64,000 bases of DNA from an uncultured Desulfobacter sp. (GTDB lineage Bacteria; Desulfobacterota; Desulfobacteria; Desulfobacterales; Desulfobacteraceae): contig OY762069.1 in NCBI GenBank assembly GCA_963665095.1, positions 2,528,001 through 2,592,000 on the forward strand. Reading direction: 5' to 3'. Of this stretch, positions 63,220 through 64,000 are shown piece by piece (positions within the stretch are counted from its first letter, which is position 1; each line of letters starts with the position of its first letter). The notes beneath the pieces were generated by a model that saw only the letters and a program-made list of their open reading frames with translations, ran no database searches and was not told the DNA's origin. The position numbers and the translations under genes are program-made.

Positions 63220-63450
63220 CTACCATATTTTTTGCAACAAAAAGAAGCCACCTAAACTCAAAATAATCCCAAGGACATATGTATAAAGAGTATAAAATTT
63301 TTTTAACATTTGTGTAGTCTTTTTATTCATTCTTTTTTTCCCAATTACTATCTCATTTAATAATAAAAAATATCTCACAAAAAATTTGTTTAATGAAATC
63401 AGTGATAAACCAAGTAAAATTAAAAACATACTAAAAAACTTTAAATTCAT
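63220..63450 (-). CDS. Small two-TM protein, candidate immunity protein
   Basis: Start overlaps the RHS-tip stop by 4 bp; very AT-rich. Confidence 0.55.
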   Translation of the reverse strand: MNLKFFSMFLILLGLSLISLNKFFVRYFLLLNEIVIGKKRMNKKTTQMLKKFYTLYTYVLGIILSLGGFFLLQKIW

Positions 63451-63980
63451 TTTTCTTCTCCTCCATCAGATGTCTTATGACTATCAGATTTGCTACTTGA
63501 ACCTGTTGGAAAACTAATCATTTGATAAGATATTTTGTCAGATGTTCCAACATCATTTGATCCTACATCTTCAAATAAATCTAAATCATCTGATGCAGAT
63601 GCAGTTGCATGAGCTTTGCCTGTATTATCAAACACTTTTGGGGTGACTTCCGCAAATTCAGATAAAGTTTTATCAACTTTAGATAATTGCTTCTCTGACA
63701 ATAAATCTGTCCTTCCCATCCTATACATCGCACCAGATGGACCTGGATTGCTTATTGGACCAGACAAGGCATCAGCAATATCCAATTCCAAAGCAATTCT
63801 ATTGTCAATGTTGGTTGGATCTTGATAAGCATTAATCATACTTATTGTTAGACTAACTGCGTCAATTGTTGCTTCCAAGGCCGAATATATTACTGCGATA
63901 GCCACCACTGAGTTTGGTTCACGACCATCAGGATCTGTATACTTATAAGGATTGTCTTCTTGAGGGTATTCTGCTAACAT
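63447..63980 (-). CDS. Orphan RHS C-terminal tip
   Basis: NPYKYTDPDG core-end motif near the N-terminus; in-frame TAA directly before the ATG. Confidence 0.7.
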   Translation of the reverse strand: MLAEYPQEDNPYKYTDPDGREPNSVVAIAVIYSALEATIDAVSLTISMINAYQDPTNIDNRIALELDIADALSGPISNPGPSGAMYRMGRTDLLSEKQLSKVDKTLSEFAEVTPKVFDNTGKAHATASASDDLDLFEDVGSNDVGTSDKISYQMISFPTGSSSKSDSHKTSDGGEEK

Positions 63981-64000
63981 TTACTATCATTTCTCCGAGT

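Larger units (their letters stand above)
40136..64000. mobile_element. Integrated element / defence island; right end outside the window
   Basis: att-like left end, AT-richer sequence, defence genes, tyrosine recombinase, parB, ardC, radC. Confidence 0.85.

Overview
The window has two parts. Bases 1-40,100 look like chromosome from a sulfate-reducing Desulfobacterota bacterium (inferred from gene content). They carry sensor kinases, two sigma54 activators, a chemotaxis cluster with twin receptors and a probably kinase-dead CheA-like protein, a TRAP/GcvT-family oxidoreductase/ETF catabolic unit, and housekeeping genes. From about 40,136 to the window end lies a visibly more AT-rich integrated element. 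Its left edge is a short tRNA-like 3' remnant beside a terminator, followed by a reading frame with no start codon. The main find is a tightly packed six-gene defence operon: XRE regulator, Cas4-like PD-(D/E)XK nuclease, long prokaryotic Argonaute with an apparently intact DEDD tetrad, a 134-aa unknown, a HExxH metallopeptidase-like protein, and a second nuclease. The Argonaute is split by a 3,543-bp DDE-transposase/ExeA-ATPase insertion with a CTAAG duplication; removing it restores a single 784-aa frame. GmrSD follows, then an archaeal-looking module (HerA-type ATPase, RHH protein, tyrosine recombinase), a hairpin-led parB/SSB-like/ardC/radC array, and an orphan RHS tip with a candidate immunity gene. 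All family calls come from motif recognition by eye; no searches were run.
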